Part shown: in pieces, positions 22,586 through 36,016 of the stretch | Position numbering within the stretch: position 1 is the first letter of the stretch | How the letters are laid out: the number at the start of each line of letters is the position of its first letter | DNA from: Takakia lepidozioides | Lineage: Eukaryota > Plantae > Bryophyta | DNA: 64,000 nt | Assembly (NCBI GenBank): GCA_030704615.1 | Contig: CM060733.1 | Location: 24,738,001 to 24,802,000 of the forward strand | Direction: 5' to 3' | Notes under the pieces: model-generated | Told to the model about the DNA's origin: nothing | What the model saw: only the letters and a program-made list of their open reading frames with translations | Databases searched by the model: none | Made by a program: the position numbers and the translations under genes

Positions 22586-25500
22586 TGTGAAGCCTACCCC
22601 CCACGAAAAATCCTAAGCTCTGCCATATACAAGCTATTCACCGGTACGCTCACCACAATGCTATCTAGTTATGGCGAGCAACACCAAATTCTCAGTGACC
22701 CCCAAGAAGGATTCAGAGCTACACGCAGTACAACACGACAAATACAATATGTTCTCTCCGCACTCGAAGATGCTAAACTTACAAAGCAAGACATTTATCT
22801 TTTATATATCGACTTTAAAAATGCCTTCGGTTCCTTAGACCATGCTAGACTACTTGCTGTCATGCTTGACCTTGGGTACCCCACTGATGCCGTCCAACTA
22901 ATAGGAAACATCTACACAAACAGCACTACTGAGTACTTTGGTGCATACTATGGCTCCATCCCGCCTATCCCTATCCTTCGTGGAACTATCCAAGGTGACA
23001 CTTTAAGCCCCTACCTATTCATTATCTTCCTAGAACCCCTACTAAGATGGCTAGCTCGTGGCAAGCTTGGATACCAATACAAAACCTCCTCAAGTGACAT
23101 CTCCGCTGCAGCATATGCAGACGATCTAGGCATCCTGGCACATAAACCACAACACCTAAACCGACAAGTTAATAAACTACTTAGATTCAATCTATGGTCA
23201 GGCATGGAACTCAGCTTACACAAGTGCGCCATCACAACCGCAACACATAATAGTCGGCTCACCAAAACTGCCATAGCCTCACATTGTAAACTCTATGTAC
23301 ACTACCAAAACACATGTGCCCTTCCCCTTCCTAGGACCAGACGAGCGATACACTTACTTAGGTATACAACTCGTCCCCTCCCTCACTTGGCATATCCAAA
23401 AAAAATCTACATCGTCCAAACTCGCTACCAAAAGTCTTGCCCTGCTCAAATCCCCAATTGTCATTCGACCAAAATTATCAATCATTCAATCACTACTACA
23501 AACACAAATTCAATACTCGTTCCATGCCGCACCCTTCTCCTTACCAGATGTCAAGAAACTTGATAAAAGTATTATTCAGCTAACAAAGCGTGTATGTGGC
23601 CTACCAACTAGCACTCCCAATGCCCTCACACAACTACCTACTGACCACTACGGAATTGATTCGAGCCCATTAATCATCTTATATGCTCGTACATTAGGCA
23701 CCCAATTCAAAGAAGCACTCAACGATCCTGGGCGTCTAGGCATCATCTATCAGGGACTTCTCAAATACATTGCATTTAAATACAATGGCCTTTACTCATT
23801 ATCATCCCTGCACTCACAGGCCTGCCCACACTCCCCCATTGCACGCACACTACTCATCCTACGCCAAATGAAAATTAGCATACAAACCGATCTGCCAAAC
23901 TATTCTAACACCTCATCACCCTTAGAATGCGCATGGCTCACAAGCCCTTTTCTATCACAATTTGACATCTCCTATCCCAAACAAAAAATCCCCATCCTCA
24001 CCTATGTCAAAGAACGCAACATCACCACCCTCACCCAACTTACTACCGCCACTGGCCACCAAGCGAATTCACTCCTAAATTCTCTCGAGCCACGACCAAA
24101 ACCACTCGATACCTACACCACCTTCGCACCCAAGCTTGTACACCAAAATCACATATACACTAACACCCGAGTACACCGCCCTGACCTTGTGTCAGGGCGC
24201 CATCTGTCATCCCTCAGTAGCCTGCACTCTCCAATGTCACCTCCCACGCCTCTACTATCCACATACGGCTCATGACATGTTTCCCCAGTACCGTTCTACC
24301 CCTACTGCCTCCATCTATCAAACGCTCAAAACGGCATTTGCCTCCAATACCCCAACAGACCCAGAACCCGACCCCCCCTCTCAAGTACCTAACACACAAC
24401 ATCCCCAACCTAATCACAACCTACATACGTCATTCAACCCCTCATCTAGTATGCAAGGCTTCCCCACCATTTCCCACCTAACAACCGCAATGTCCCCCCC
24501 GTCCTCACCACAAAATGACGACAATAACAATGATTACATCATTGAAGCCATATTAGGAGTTAAAACCCAAACGTCCATTAATGATGCCTTTGGAGCCACT
24601 TGCATGGATACATACTATCACTGCCAATGGGCTGGATACTCCTTAGAAGACAACACGTGGCAGAAAGAAGACGAACTATTCGGCCTACACCACCTTCCAT
24701 AAACATACCAACATCGACTATCTAACATACATCCACCAACAACTCGTCACTCCCACCCAACCTACAGATAACAGATACATACACCAACCAATCTATGCCC
24801 CCAACGTACACATCTGCATAATTGAATGTAACCCTGACAACGATATCAAGCATGACCAACCACTAATCCACATGGGCCCCCGCGCTCAACATGGCCGCTT
24901 CATTAGACTCACCCCTAATAAAAGATTAACATGGTTGTGGGAGAAGTACTCTACTGCTAACTCATCTCCACAGTCACTACAACCCCCGAAACAAGACTAT
25001 TGCTACTGAATTATACTGGTTGGTTGACCGCTACCTCAAAGACACCCTCTCGAACAAGCCGCGGTCCCTCACTAAATTGGAAACAACATGTGCACACCAT
25101 ACCATACCCCAAGATATTCTCACCTTAATTATCTATACATTGGACCAGCTCACTCACTCATATTACTCCAACCCACTGACATGCCCTATGGCATTTCCCA
25201 CATTTTCTAGTCCGCATCACAGAGACTGTATCTTTGGAGCCACTAGCATTGCCACCCAGCACATCTGGGAGGGTCAGGGTTTTGCCCACCCCCCACCCAG
25301 CTCTCTTTCTCACGAAGCTCTTCAATGGGCAAAAATTGTTGCACACTCCTCTCCTTATGCGTCCACAATTTTCACACACAACAAAACACACCTAACACCT
25401 CTCACCCCCTCCTACGACTCCAAGAAGGGGTCAATCTACTCGCCACAATTGACCCAAACCAACTTAAATATATTCACTCCCCTCCTCTTCCCAAATACCT

Positions 25501-26155
25501 CAAACGGAAAGAACCCACCCTAACCCTGATTCTACACGTCCAAAACCCCCTTCATACAGACATACCGAGGGCAGCTACCGTGTGAGCAGCTCATGCTTAA
25601 AGTGGAAAACGTGAGCAAAATCCCTAAAGCGTAAGCAGATTCCAAGCGTGAGCGGATTAGTGAATGGGAGCCTACAACCGAGGAAATAAGAGGGCCTATT
25701 GCTGTGGACAAAAACTACAATGCACGGACGCATGCACACCCCATCCGACGGGACAATCCAAGCTCCATGACGACCGTATGGTACAAATGTGCGATGAAAA
25801 AGCCGACGGATGAATGGTTTCAGGATGAATGGTGGATGAGAAATGAGCGAAATGGATGAACCATGACTTCGTTTTTGTTTCACGTGGAGCAATTGCATCT
25901 CGAGTGTATCCTGAATTTCAGATTTGTATGCTGATCCTGGCAGTACTTATTTTGAGGGAACTTGAAGGAAACTGCTGAAGTTACAAGGCAATTACATATA
26001 GGAGTAAATTTGAGTTACCTATGGACTCTTCTGATGGGGGTGGGGCTGCAGAGGAGGGAGGAGGATAGAACATGAGAAGTGGAGGACAAAACAAAATCGC
26101 AGAAAAAATTCTCCAAAAACAATGAACCCAAAAAATTGAGTCCAAAAAAACTTTA

Positions 26156-26889
26156 AAGGCGGTGTGTGTCCAGGTGGGGGGGGATTAAGGTGTCGTCCAC
26201 GACATCTTAATTCCCACCTCTTGTTGCCACAAACATTTCATGGAAAATTCCCAGAAACCAGAAAATTTGAATCCAACAAAACTTTCAAGCCGACACCTAT
26301 GCAGGTCGCGGGGATTAAGGTGTCGTCAACGACCTCTTAAGTCCCACCAGCTGCTGCCACATGTATTTTCAGATTATGGCCCAAAAATGGAAAAACAGAA
26401 ATCCAACAAAACTTTGAAGGCGGTGCGTGTGCACGTCGGGGCGATTAAGGTGTCGTCAACGACATCTTAATTCCCACAACTTGTTGAGATATGATAGTTC
26501 ATGGAAAAACCCAAAAAACCAGAAAAAAATGACTCCAGAAAAGCTTTGAAGGCGGTGCGTGTGTAGGGGGGATTAAGGTGTCGTCAACGACATCTTAATT
26601 CCAACAACCTCAATAGAATTTTCAAAGCGGTGCGTGTGCAGGTCGGGGGGATTAAGATGTCGTCAACAATATCTTAATTCCGACCACCTGAACAAAACTT
26701 TCACGGCGGTGCGTGTGCAGGTTGGAGGTATTAAGGTGTCGTCAACGACATCTTATTTCCCACCACCTTTTGCGACATTTCAATTCATCGAAAAACCCAA
26801 ATAACCAAAAAAATATGAATCCAACAAAGGTACGAAGGCAATGCGTGTGCAGGTGGGTGGATTAAGGTGTCGTCAACGACATCTAAATT
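26156..26889. repeat. Array of 7 near-perfect palindromes (ATTAAGGTGTCGTCAACGACATCTTAAT) in ~80-130-bp units
   Basis: The core is conserved across copies while the spacers are homologous but more diverged; two more copies at ~31699 and ~31813. Confidence 0.95.
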
Positions 26890-27019
26890 AGAAAAACCAC
26901 CAACCCCAATACAAACAAACCGAAAACAGATTCAGCCAAAACAGAAATGGAACATGTTAAAAACATTACATTGAACAAAGTGGAGTCATTGTCAAAGAAT
27001 CCAACTCCTTCTAAACACC

Positions 27020-30000
27020 TTACAATTCAGTAATCATATCACGCTGCAGAAGTATATGAACGTTAGTGGGACCCATTGTACATTGGTGAATGCATGTGTC
27101 TCGGTGAGGATCACAAAACATCCTGTGAATGTAGATGTAGTATAGGTGTTTGAACGGAACAAATTTGGGTTTCTTTCCAATAGAGGTTGATAAAGTGCTG
27201 GAAATCCGGGCATGTGCAATTTGGAAAATTGCCAACAGTTACCTCATAAGTCCTGTCGTGAACAACAGAACCCGATGTCACCATACTGTACACCCGCCCA
27301 TAGCCTGGAGGGGGGACATTGACAACTTGGGTCACCCGACACTGCAGGTTTCTTGCTGACTCAATTTTGCACTCATTTTCGGGAACTGCCTCAACACGAC
27401 GGACCGGTTTTCCATTTCGTTTCGTAGGTCAGTCGTTCCCATGTGGTGGACGTGGGGGGAATGCGGATTGCGAACCCCGACATGAAACTGGTGTAATGAA
27501 TACTGGGCCTCTTGGAAGACGCAACCCGGCATCCTCCAGCATCTCAATTTCTTGCTTTGACAGACATGTTCCCAACTTCACTGGCCACATGGCTGGAATT
27601 TGAGGCTTGCTGAGGACTGAATCCCGACAAGTCCCCATCACACAACGTTGAATGTCATCAGGGCAAAACCAGAACTTGTGAGGCCTGGACTCTCGCGCAC
27701 CGTAATGTTTGAATAAACCAGTGGAAGACGGGGCATGAGTCCCGCCTCCGCCCCTAGAAATCTTGCTGGTGCACTTCACAAAGGACAATGCCCTTACAGC
27801 AGAACACCCAACTTTTGATCCTCGGGCTGTCGTTCAATGTGCCATATTGCATCCACACAATCGGACTCTTCCACCGCCAGCATCATCTCTCCCTCTCCCC
27901 GCAATGGAGCAGAGGGATATAAAGCATTGTATACAGCAGAAGAACAAGCACCAACACAGGGACTGCCAGATTCGAATGTCGGAGGCCGCACAGGCACACG
28001 AGGAATTGAGTAATTATCCCTGTCATGCCGATGGGAGTCACCAGCGGATCCTGGTGGGGTGTCAAGTTTGCGCTTGCATGAACCGAATCTTTCCTCCCCT
28101 TCCAAATGTGGGAGCTTGGACTGCAAAGGTGTTCCATTTGTGAACTCATTTACAGCACGCGCCATTTTAGCGGGATGCTTCGCTCTATTTGCAGCCCTGA
28201 GTAGCAACTCTTCCCTGTCTGGACCTTTGCCAGCTCCCCGTCCCCTCAGGAAGTCTCGGTACCTTGTTTGTTGCGAAACAGCCCGGACTATGTCATCTAT
28301 AGTCGCAACGTAGAGGTTCCGCCCATTTTTGCCAGATTGTGCCATCCACTTACTATGCACAGTCTCTGCTAGATTGCAGGAGGGCATATCGGCAATGTCC
28401 TCCAGTGACATGTCTTGCATGCAATTCAACACAAGCATGATTACGTACAGCAGCATAAGAACTGGATTGGACGGCCTGTTCGTTCTATGATATATCTCCC
28501 AACGAGAAGGAATAAAGCAAAATCATGCTAATTCGCTACTAACTTACAGTTGTCATGAAGGCACCCCACTGTCTATATCTGAAGTGCCAGAACCCCAACC
28601 AGTCTTCTAGTTCTTTGATTCCATCCAGACTGGCTGCCTCAGATGAGTACCACCATACTCGAATAGTCTGGAACATAGAGTTGGCTTTCTGTTCGGAGGT
28701 GGCATCTTTATATAGACGGCATAGTCTCATATGCTCCTCCCGCAACTCCAGTTTTATGGAACTCTTTTGTGTGGCGTTGTAGGGACTGGCTCCAATGAAA
28801 GAGGCAAGTGCGTTCCCGGCCTTCCATTGGTACTTTGGGGTCGCCTGAACCAAAAACTGTACGGACAACATTCCAATTCGCTTGAGCGCTGTCAGCCATG
28901 AACCTAGTGAAGTTTGGATCTGGGACACCATGAGCGGTCACGACGTTAACAAGGGACTTCCACATAAGAATTTGTGACTCTGTGTCCTCCGACTGCATGT
29001 CACAAACAGCAACAATCATCACTCTCTGGTATGCAGGATCGTATACATGACATGTCATAGTCGTCCATTCCTTCACACGTACGTTTCACGTGATCAAACA
29101 TAATCCAGGAATTCTGAATATCACCACCGGGCTGCATTCTTCGCACTAGACTAGCTCCCGATCCCTCACCAACTGTGGACATCTTGAATAAGCACACTTT
29201 CCTGGCACCTTGCCCTGGGAAAACACTGTCTTGAATGAAGTCATATCGGCTTATACGCTTTAACTCCTGGATGTTATCCATGAAGCCTGTGTTGGCAGCA
29301 CCCCCCCTTAGGACGTTGATTTGATTTCGCACATTCGGAGAACTCAATGTTGAGAAATGGTCCAGAACATTGTCAAGGGAGGCAGTGTCAAATTTAGTGG
29401 TGGACTCCTGCGATTCCCCAAACAAATACTTTTGTAGGAATCCTTTGTTTGCTGCCAGAGCAATGGCTGATGGCGATGCACCAGGAGCACTATGAATTTC
29501 GTGTTGAAGCAGTGAACGGACTGTATCAATAGTCTCTCTGCACTGTCCCCGGGACACCGGATATGCATGAATGCCGAAATGGATACATGCCCTTGTGAGG
29601 TAACTGCAATTGTGAAGCACGTAGTACATACGTGCATTGCAATCTGCGATGCACTGTGGGACCAATTTACAGAACTTGCAAACGAGAGTACTATTGCTTG
29701 CAGGAGCACAACCTACTTTGAAAGGGTTGTCGCAGACACCTTCCCATTCCGTCTCGTTTGTCGAACCGTCCATTTGGAAGTGCTGGCAAGAAGCATTTGG
29801 ACAACGAAGGTGTCCAAGCAAATCGATCTACGGAACTTCAAGCCATGCGGATTGCATATATTGGAAGTTTTCGTCCAGCACCATGGATGTCCATCGTGCT
29901 TCTTGTCCATGCCCGCCATTCGTCCTGCCAATCCCCCAGAGGATGTCGTTGGTGGCAGCTCAAAAATGATATCACCATTAAATTCATTGGGTAGGTATTT

Positions 30001-30570
30001 TGCTCTAACGATTCGTTGTGTATCCCAGTCAATGTCTCTCACATCACTCTTGCATCCTGGCAACCCCCTCAAGGACTGCAACTTCGGAATGACACTTGCA
30101 ATCTCTTGTACATCGGGGTCCCCCAGCAGACGTTGATTCGGAGGAGGTGGGAGCTCTGACACGTCCTCTTCTGAGCTATCGGAGATATCAAAAAATGTGG
30201 TGGAGGTTGTTTCTTCTCTTTTGATGGGCAGAGTTTTGGGCACCTGAGTCACCGAAGCTGCTGTTCTGGGCGTGACTATGGAACCTCCCGACAGACGTCT
30301 TTGATCCCCATGAATGCGATACTTTGCTGGTGGAACTCTCCACTCTCGCCGACTGCCAGACAAATGTGGTTTCTGAACGCATGTGCCCTCGACCTTCCCC
30401 ACTTTGTCATAGACCTCTCTCACTACATGTACAGTCCCTGCCTCAAAGCGGAAGGTTACGCAAAGCAAGTCTTCTTGAACTACGGCGAGCCCATTCACGT
30501 CGACTACGACACTCAGGTACTCCGCTTGCACGTTGGAGTAGAAAACAGCGACGTCGGAGTTGAGAGACAT
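27020..30570 (-). pseudogene. MULE transposase (GCM/WRKY-like N-terminal zinc domain, DDE core, C-terminal SWIM finger), frameshifted
   Basis: CLGHLRCPN..C..CKFCK..C..HFGIH, FDHVKR, FMADSA, TCLFHWSQ (CxxH), SCNLAETVH and YEVTV..PNCTCPDF..KHLYY; probable intron at ~28547-28415. Confidence 0.85.
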
Positions 30571-31220
30571 TGCATGAAAGAGCACGGGAGTGTGGACAGT
30601 GGAGAGCAGGTGACAAGAGTACACCAGGAAGGCCGAATTCTTCGAACCACTTCCTGACAATGTCTCAGTGGATCCACCGACTGAAGGTGCTGAGGCAAAT
30701 TATTTCTTTGCATGTTGTTTAGTAGCCGGCTTTGACTCTGACAGTTACTGGTGAATTTTATCCCATTAATGTCAGATCACAGACCGCCAGACACATGATT
30801 CCGATAGGCAAGAAATGCGGCCGACTTTGATGCCACATCCTCAGTGACTGCGCTGTGGGTCGAACCCCTTATGCAAACATGAATACGTGGCATGCATATA
30901 TTTAAGTGTCTTGCAAGGGCAATAGGTGTCGAGTTCTCTGCGAGACAGCCCGCAAGCATCCCGCCGAAAAACGAAAACCCCAATTATGAGCCGTTATGTT
31001 TTTGGATGATTTGTCATTCATTGAGAGGGAGGGATGAAAACCTAACCGCCATCCACTTTTGCCATTTGCCCGAGGGATGTCTTCGGAGGTTACATTCTGG
31101 CGTTCATCATTCGCCACACTAGAGCATCCCAAGAATGAGAGCGTTTCCGGAAAGAATAGAGTGAGAAGGCAGTCTTTGTACTTCACGTCTGCTAGGCAGA
31201 GGTTGAGAGCGAGAGAGAGG

Positions 31221-31583
31221 ATGAAGAAAGCTAGGAGGGTTTTGAATTTGTCTGATGGAGGGAGCGATCGCGAGGGGGAAGGTTATGTGGGCGAAGGGAT
31301 GGAGAGTCTGGCAGGGAAGGAGCCGATTTTGGACAAGCAGCTCGAGGATCTGTTGGAGCTGCCTCTATTGCAACCAATACAGGAGGAGGAAGTTGAAAGG
31401 GAGAGCGGTGCTCCTGCGGAGGAGGAGGCAACGCAGCAAAGTCCGCAGAGGGGTCTGCCGACAAGGGGGCGGCCCTCCTCCATGCAGCTGTCCTTGCGCC
31501 CGTTGAAGGAGAAGGCTCAAGCGGAAAACAACGTTGGGTTGGGAGAGGAGGACACTTCCAGCGGTGGACAAAGTTTGATCCAG
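31221..31583 (+). CDS. First exon of a second, divergently oriented MULE-borne gene of unknown function (probably truncated)
   Basis: ATG-initiated acidic, low-complexity ORF (MKKARRVLNLSDGG...) ending at a perfect CAG|GTGAGT donor; later exons not found. Confidence 0.55.
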
Positions 31584-32070
31584 GTGAGTACATACATTTG
31601 AGCATGTTTGAAGATGACTTTGACAATAACTTAAAACGACATCGCATCATGTCCACCGTTGCATTCGCAAGGGTTTCGAACAAGTCCAGAACAAGGTGAT
31701 TAAGTTGTCGTTGACGACAGCTTAATCTGCCACCTCCGCGAGGCATAGCCCTTCGTTCTAGCGAGCCCAATGTTGTCGTTGTATGAGTGCAGTAGCTTGC
31801 AATATGTAAAGGATTAAGATGGCGTTGACGACACCTTAATCTGGGCCTGCAATGCTTACTTCATTATGCTTTGGCAGAGAAAGCGAAAAAAGGCTTGGGA
31901 GAGTCAGCGTCCGATCTCGTCTGTGGATCCTGCAGGACTTAGCGTTTTTTTTTGTCTTCCCTGCCATTGTGGCATCTGTTTGTTTTCTTTGTGTCGAGTT
32001 TGATTGTGAAAGACAAACATGACAGAGCTATGTTTGTTTTCTTATAGTGTCGAGTTTGATCATGAGAGAC

Positions 32071-32410
32071 GACGAGCGGAGCTGGTGGGATAGGGACAGA
32101 CATGGACTCAAGACCTAGAATCGGGGCACGAAGGTGTGCACGATGGTGGGACAACTGCGATCGCAAGGTGTGGCTTTTTCTCAATGTACAATGACGAGCG
32201 AAGCTGGTGGGATAGGGGCCAGACAGGGACTCAAGACCTAGAATCGGGGCATGAAGGCGTGCACGATGATGGGACAACCGCGATCGCAAGGTGTGGCTTT
32301 TCTCAATGTACAATGACGAGCGGAGCTGGTGGGATAGGGGGCAGACAGGGACTCAAGCCCTAGAATCGGGGCATGAAGGCATGCACGATGGTGGGACAAC
32401 CGCGATCGCG
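32071..32410. repeat. Tandem repeat, ~122-bp unit x ~3
   Basis: Units start gacgagcg at 32071, 32193 and 32315. Confidence 0.93.
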
Positions 32411-33671
32411 GGGTTTGATACTCATGGGAGAAGGAACAGCATTCTGAATTACGGTAGGAGGTCATGAAAGTGTTTGAGTGCTATGGAATGGGTGTCTCTG
32501 CTGGTGAAGTGTTGCTGGTGTACTGCCTTTAGATGATGCTCATGCCAGCGGTACAATCATTAAAGTAGGGGATGTCTTGTGTGAAGAGATGGTGAAAGGA
32601 TTTTTGAACATCTGCTGAACTTAGTTGGAAGGAGGACACAAATGAAGGATAGTGAGGAAGAATGTCAATGATATATGAAGAGGGCAATGTACCTACTATG
32701 GGGGTAGGCTGTAGCTTTTCTGAAAGAAGATATCAGGTGGCATGCATTTGTTCCCTACTGCTTGTATCAATCAGCTTAGGAACATTCATAGACTGAGATC
32801 TACAATCAGTGGGGCATAAGGGTCTTTCAAATAGTTAAAATGCAGTTTTAAGGAGGAGTTAAAAGTGGGGGCTCTGTGATATCATGCCCTCTTCATGCAA
32901 AGGGGAAGAGAAGAGAAATCTGAAATAGAGAAGCTAGGGTTTTTCATTTTCATTTAAGTAGATGTGAATGATGTCAAAACACCATGCATCAGTCTACAAT
33001 CCATGGGCAGGATATGAAGGGGTAGCAATGTCATGCCAAAGGGGATCTGTTTCTTAGATAGCTGTAGTATTAATAAAGAAGGAAAATGAGAGCTCATGTG
33101 TAGAAACTAGGGCCTTTGCATTCTGGTTTACAGTAGAGTAAGTGGCACACATATTTCTGCATCACTTACGTAGTCCAAGTATGGGCCAGTGGGATATCTC
33201 TGATATGTTTACACTGTGGATAGGATCTGAATCTGTGTAAAGATCAGAATGTACACCCTGTGATTTTCCAATGATGACATCTGTAGGGAAGAAGAACCCT
33301 GGCATATATGATGATCTGTTCACTAAAGAGACCCAATAACAATTTAGATAACCTCAACCCTGTCCATGTCTTCTCTTCCGCTGCGGCGTGGATAAGGGTA
33401 TAAAGTCTCTAAATAGATTTAGAATGAATTAAGTAGGGTTTGAGTCATTTTAGAAAGAGCAAGTAGGTTGATGTCATAGGGCAGGGCCATGGATCGCTGC
33501 TCAAGAAACAGTTAACTATAGTTTACCAAAAGGGTTTCATGCCCCTTCTTTTTCACACTACAGTGTGGCTTTTCCTTGATGTAGGATGTGAAGAAGTTTG
33601 ACCATCCTGCAAATGTGGGCTTTTGGCTCCTGTTCGTATGGTATTCTTCTTGATGTTTACAAGGTTCTTGG

Positions 33672-34095
33672 GAGAATCAGCTTGGTCTTAGCAGCCCGCT
33701 GATTCATTTCCTGATTCACCTATTTCAGCCTGTTTTGCCCTCTTATCAGACTCGGGCCTGATATGCATATTGAATTCTGTAAGTTAGCTCGTTGGTGCAA
33801 GAGAGAGAGTCAGCTTGGTCTTAGCAGGCCGCGAGGGCACCTTCTTCCTATTTTCAGCCTGTTTTGCCCTCTTATCAAACTCAGGCCTAATATGCATATT
33901 GAATTATGTAAGTTAGCTCATTGGTGCAAGAGAGAGAGTCAGGTTGGTCTTAGCAGGCTGTGAGGGCACCTTCTTCTTCAACCTATTTCAGCCTGTTTTG
34001 CCCTCTTATCAGACTCGGGCCTAATATGCATATTGAATTATGTAAGTTAGCTTGTTGGTGCTAGAGAGAGAGTCAGGTTGGTCTTAGCAGGCCGT
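33672..34095. repeat. Tandem repeat, ~130-bp unit x ~3.2
   Basis: TTGGTCTTAGCAG recurs at ~33682, 33815, 33944 and 34078. Confidence 0.93.
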
Positions 34096-34436
34096 GTATG
34101 TGCTGAACAATACCAATGTGATGGTTCCTTGGGTGCAGTGAGTTCTTCTTTTCATTGCACCTTATTCATATCAAGTTCAAATGCAATTGTGACTGTCACC
34201 AGTGTAATAGAACCACCCACAAAGTCACAAATGTCAGTGGTTCATCGTGATGATAACCACTTCTGTAGTAACTGAATGTCTAAGTGAGTGACTTTTTGGA
34301 AGAGCATGTTCATTTACAAGTCATTCTGCTCACTCATCCAGTGGTTTTCAAAGTATCATTCATGCTAGGTATTTTTTGCAAAGTAATGCAACACTTCATT
34401 GCTAACATGTGTCATTCTTGTTGCCATTTTGTGACA

Positions 34437-36016
34437 GAAAGTATGCAACAGAGAAGGCACAGTTCACTGCAGTCAGAGAGGCATGTGCTCGTGAGTGGCG
34501 TGCCGATTGTCGACGTCACCGCCGCCTTCTGGTGCCATACCCTCCCCATTTGTTGGAGTTTCCACCCCTACCGGTATGGATACGCCGTGCAGTCCAGGCC
34601 CATGTCTCTGAGCATGGTGTTGAGGATACGGATGTAATTCATTTGTCTACTCCCCCCTCATTGAGATCAGCTTCATTTCGTGGCATGAAGCGTATGGAAA
34701 TCATTATCGAGTGGATGACACGGAGAGTCGTCTTCTTGTCTCTTTTGATTCAGGAGTTGCATCCGTCTTCCAACAATAGAGCAGAATTTAATAGTGTGCG
34801 TGATAGAAATCCAGTCATGTCACCATTAGAGTACGTTGGGGTCATCAAAGAGATCTTCAAATTGGATTATGGATGAGTGCACCCCATTGTATTTCGTTGT
34901 GCCTGGGTGAGGGCCAACCTCGTTGGACAAAATGCTACAATGAAGCAGGATTTGTATGGTTTTCTACTTGCAAATTTTGGAGGATGTTACCCGCCAATGA
35001 TCAGCCGTTCATCTTTCCATCTCAAGTTGAACAGGTGTTCTTTTCGGATGAGTCCCCAAGTTCGGAGTGGAAGGTAGTCCTTCGGAAGGATCCAAGAGTA
35101 AAAAGGATTGTGGCGGACATAGATCAATGTGACATTGGAGAAAATGCAGATTTCGATGGCCTTCAGGCACCGTCCACCTTATCAGATCAGCCAATACCTA
35201 GGTCATTAGATGGTGCCACGGCTCTAAATAAAGAAGACCTGGCTATGTTGGCTACCATTAAAGGGGCGTTTGTGCAACCAACCGCTATTCTTGAGCAAAG
35301 TGATTCAGAGGGTGACGAATATGTTTCACATTCAAAATAAAGTTTATTGTTGGAACCATTTGTTCAATAGCATCATGCCACAATGGTCTGGCCACTTGTC
35401 TGTTTTTCAAAGTCTGTCACAGTTGCACAAACCACTTAAATTTTTTCATGTATCACCCAAAAAGTGGTACCAATCACTTGTCTGTAGGCAACCACTCATG
35501 AGCAACCACTAGAATAGTAGTTCCAATTACTGTAGTATCTTTCACCACCCACTCTCCACCACTATCAAAGTGGTACAAATCAATGAGGTGTCTTTAACCA
35601 CTCAAGATCAACGTGCAGCACTCTCCCCGTCCACGTGGAATATTATATTTATAAATAATACATATTTCCAAATATTAAATCACAAATAAAATTTGAATTA
35701 TTACACGTGGAGTAGCAAGTGGTTTCAACCACTTCCCATCACTGAGGTGTCTATAACCACTCACAATGTACCACTGCACTCGTCCACGTGGAATATTTTA
35801 TTAATTAATTAAAATGTATTATCAAATAAAAAATAAAAACAATTTATTACACGTGGACTACTGAGTGGTTGAAACCACTTCCAACCACTGTCTGTGATGC
35901 CACCATGGCATATCATTGGGATTAACCACTGGCAAGTGGTTACTAGTGGTTTATAGAGTGGAAAAAGACAGTAGTGGTTAAAGGGCCAGTGGTTATTCCA
36001 CGTTTTTCTTCTAGTG
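34437..36016 (+). mobile_element. CACTA transposon 3' portion with degenerate transposase C-terminus (DUF4216-like)
   Basis: YVGVIKEIFKLDYG, FRCAWV, D.YGF.LANF, DQPFIFPSQVEQVFF and WKVVLR; many ACCACT/AGTGGT subterminal repeats; ends TTTTTCTTCTAGTG (CACTA TIR). Left end not found. Confidence 0.85.

Noticed and set aside
26156-26889. CRISPR array
   Set aside because: Spacers are homologous to one another and of two length classes, there are no cas genes, and the context is a eukaryotic MULE.
32420-33660. Ulp1-type protease remnant on the - strand (NISEISHWPILGL)
   Set aside because: Only one short HW-like motif amid stops; not enough to call.
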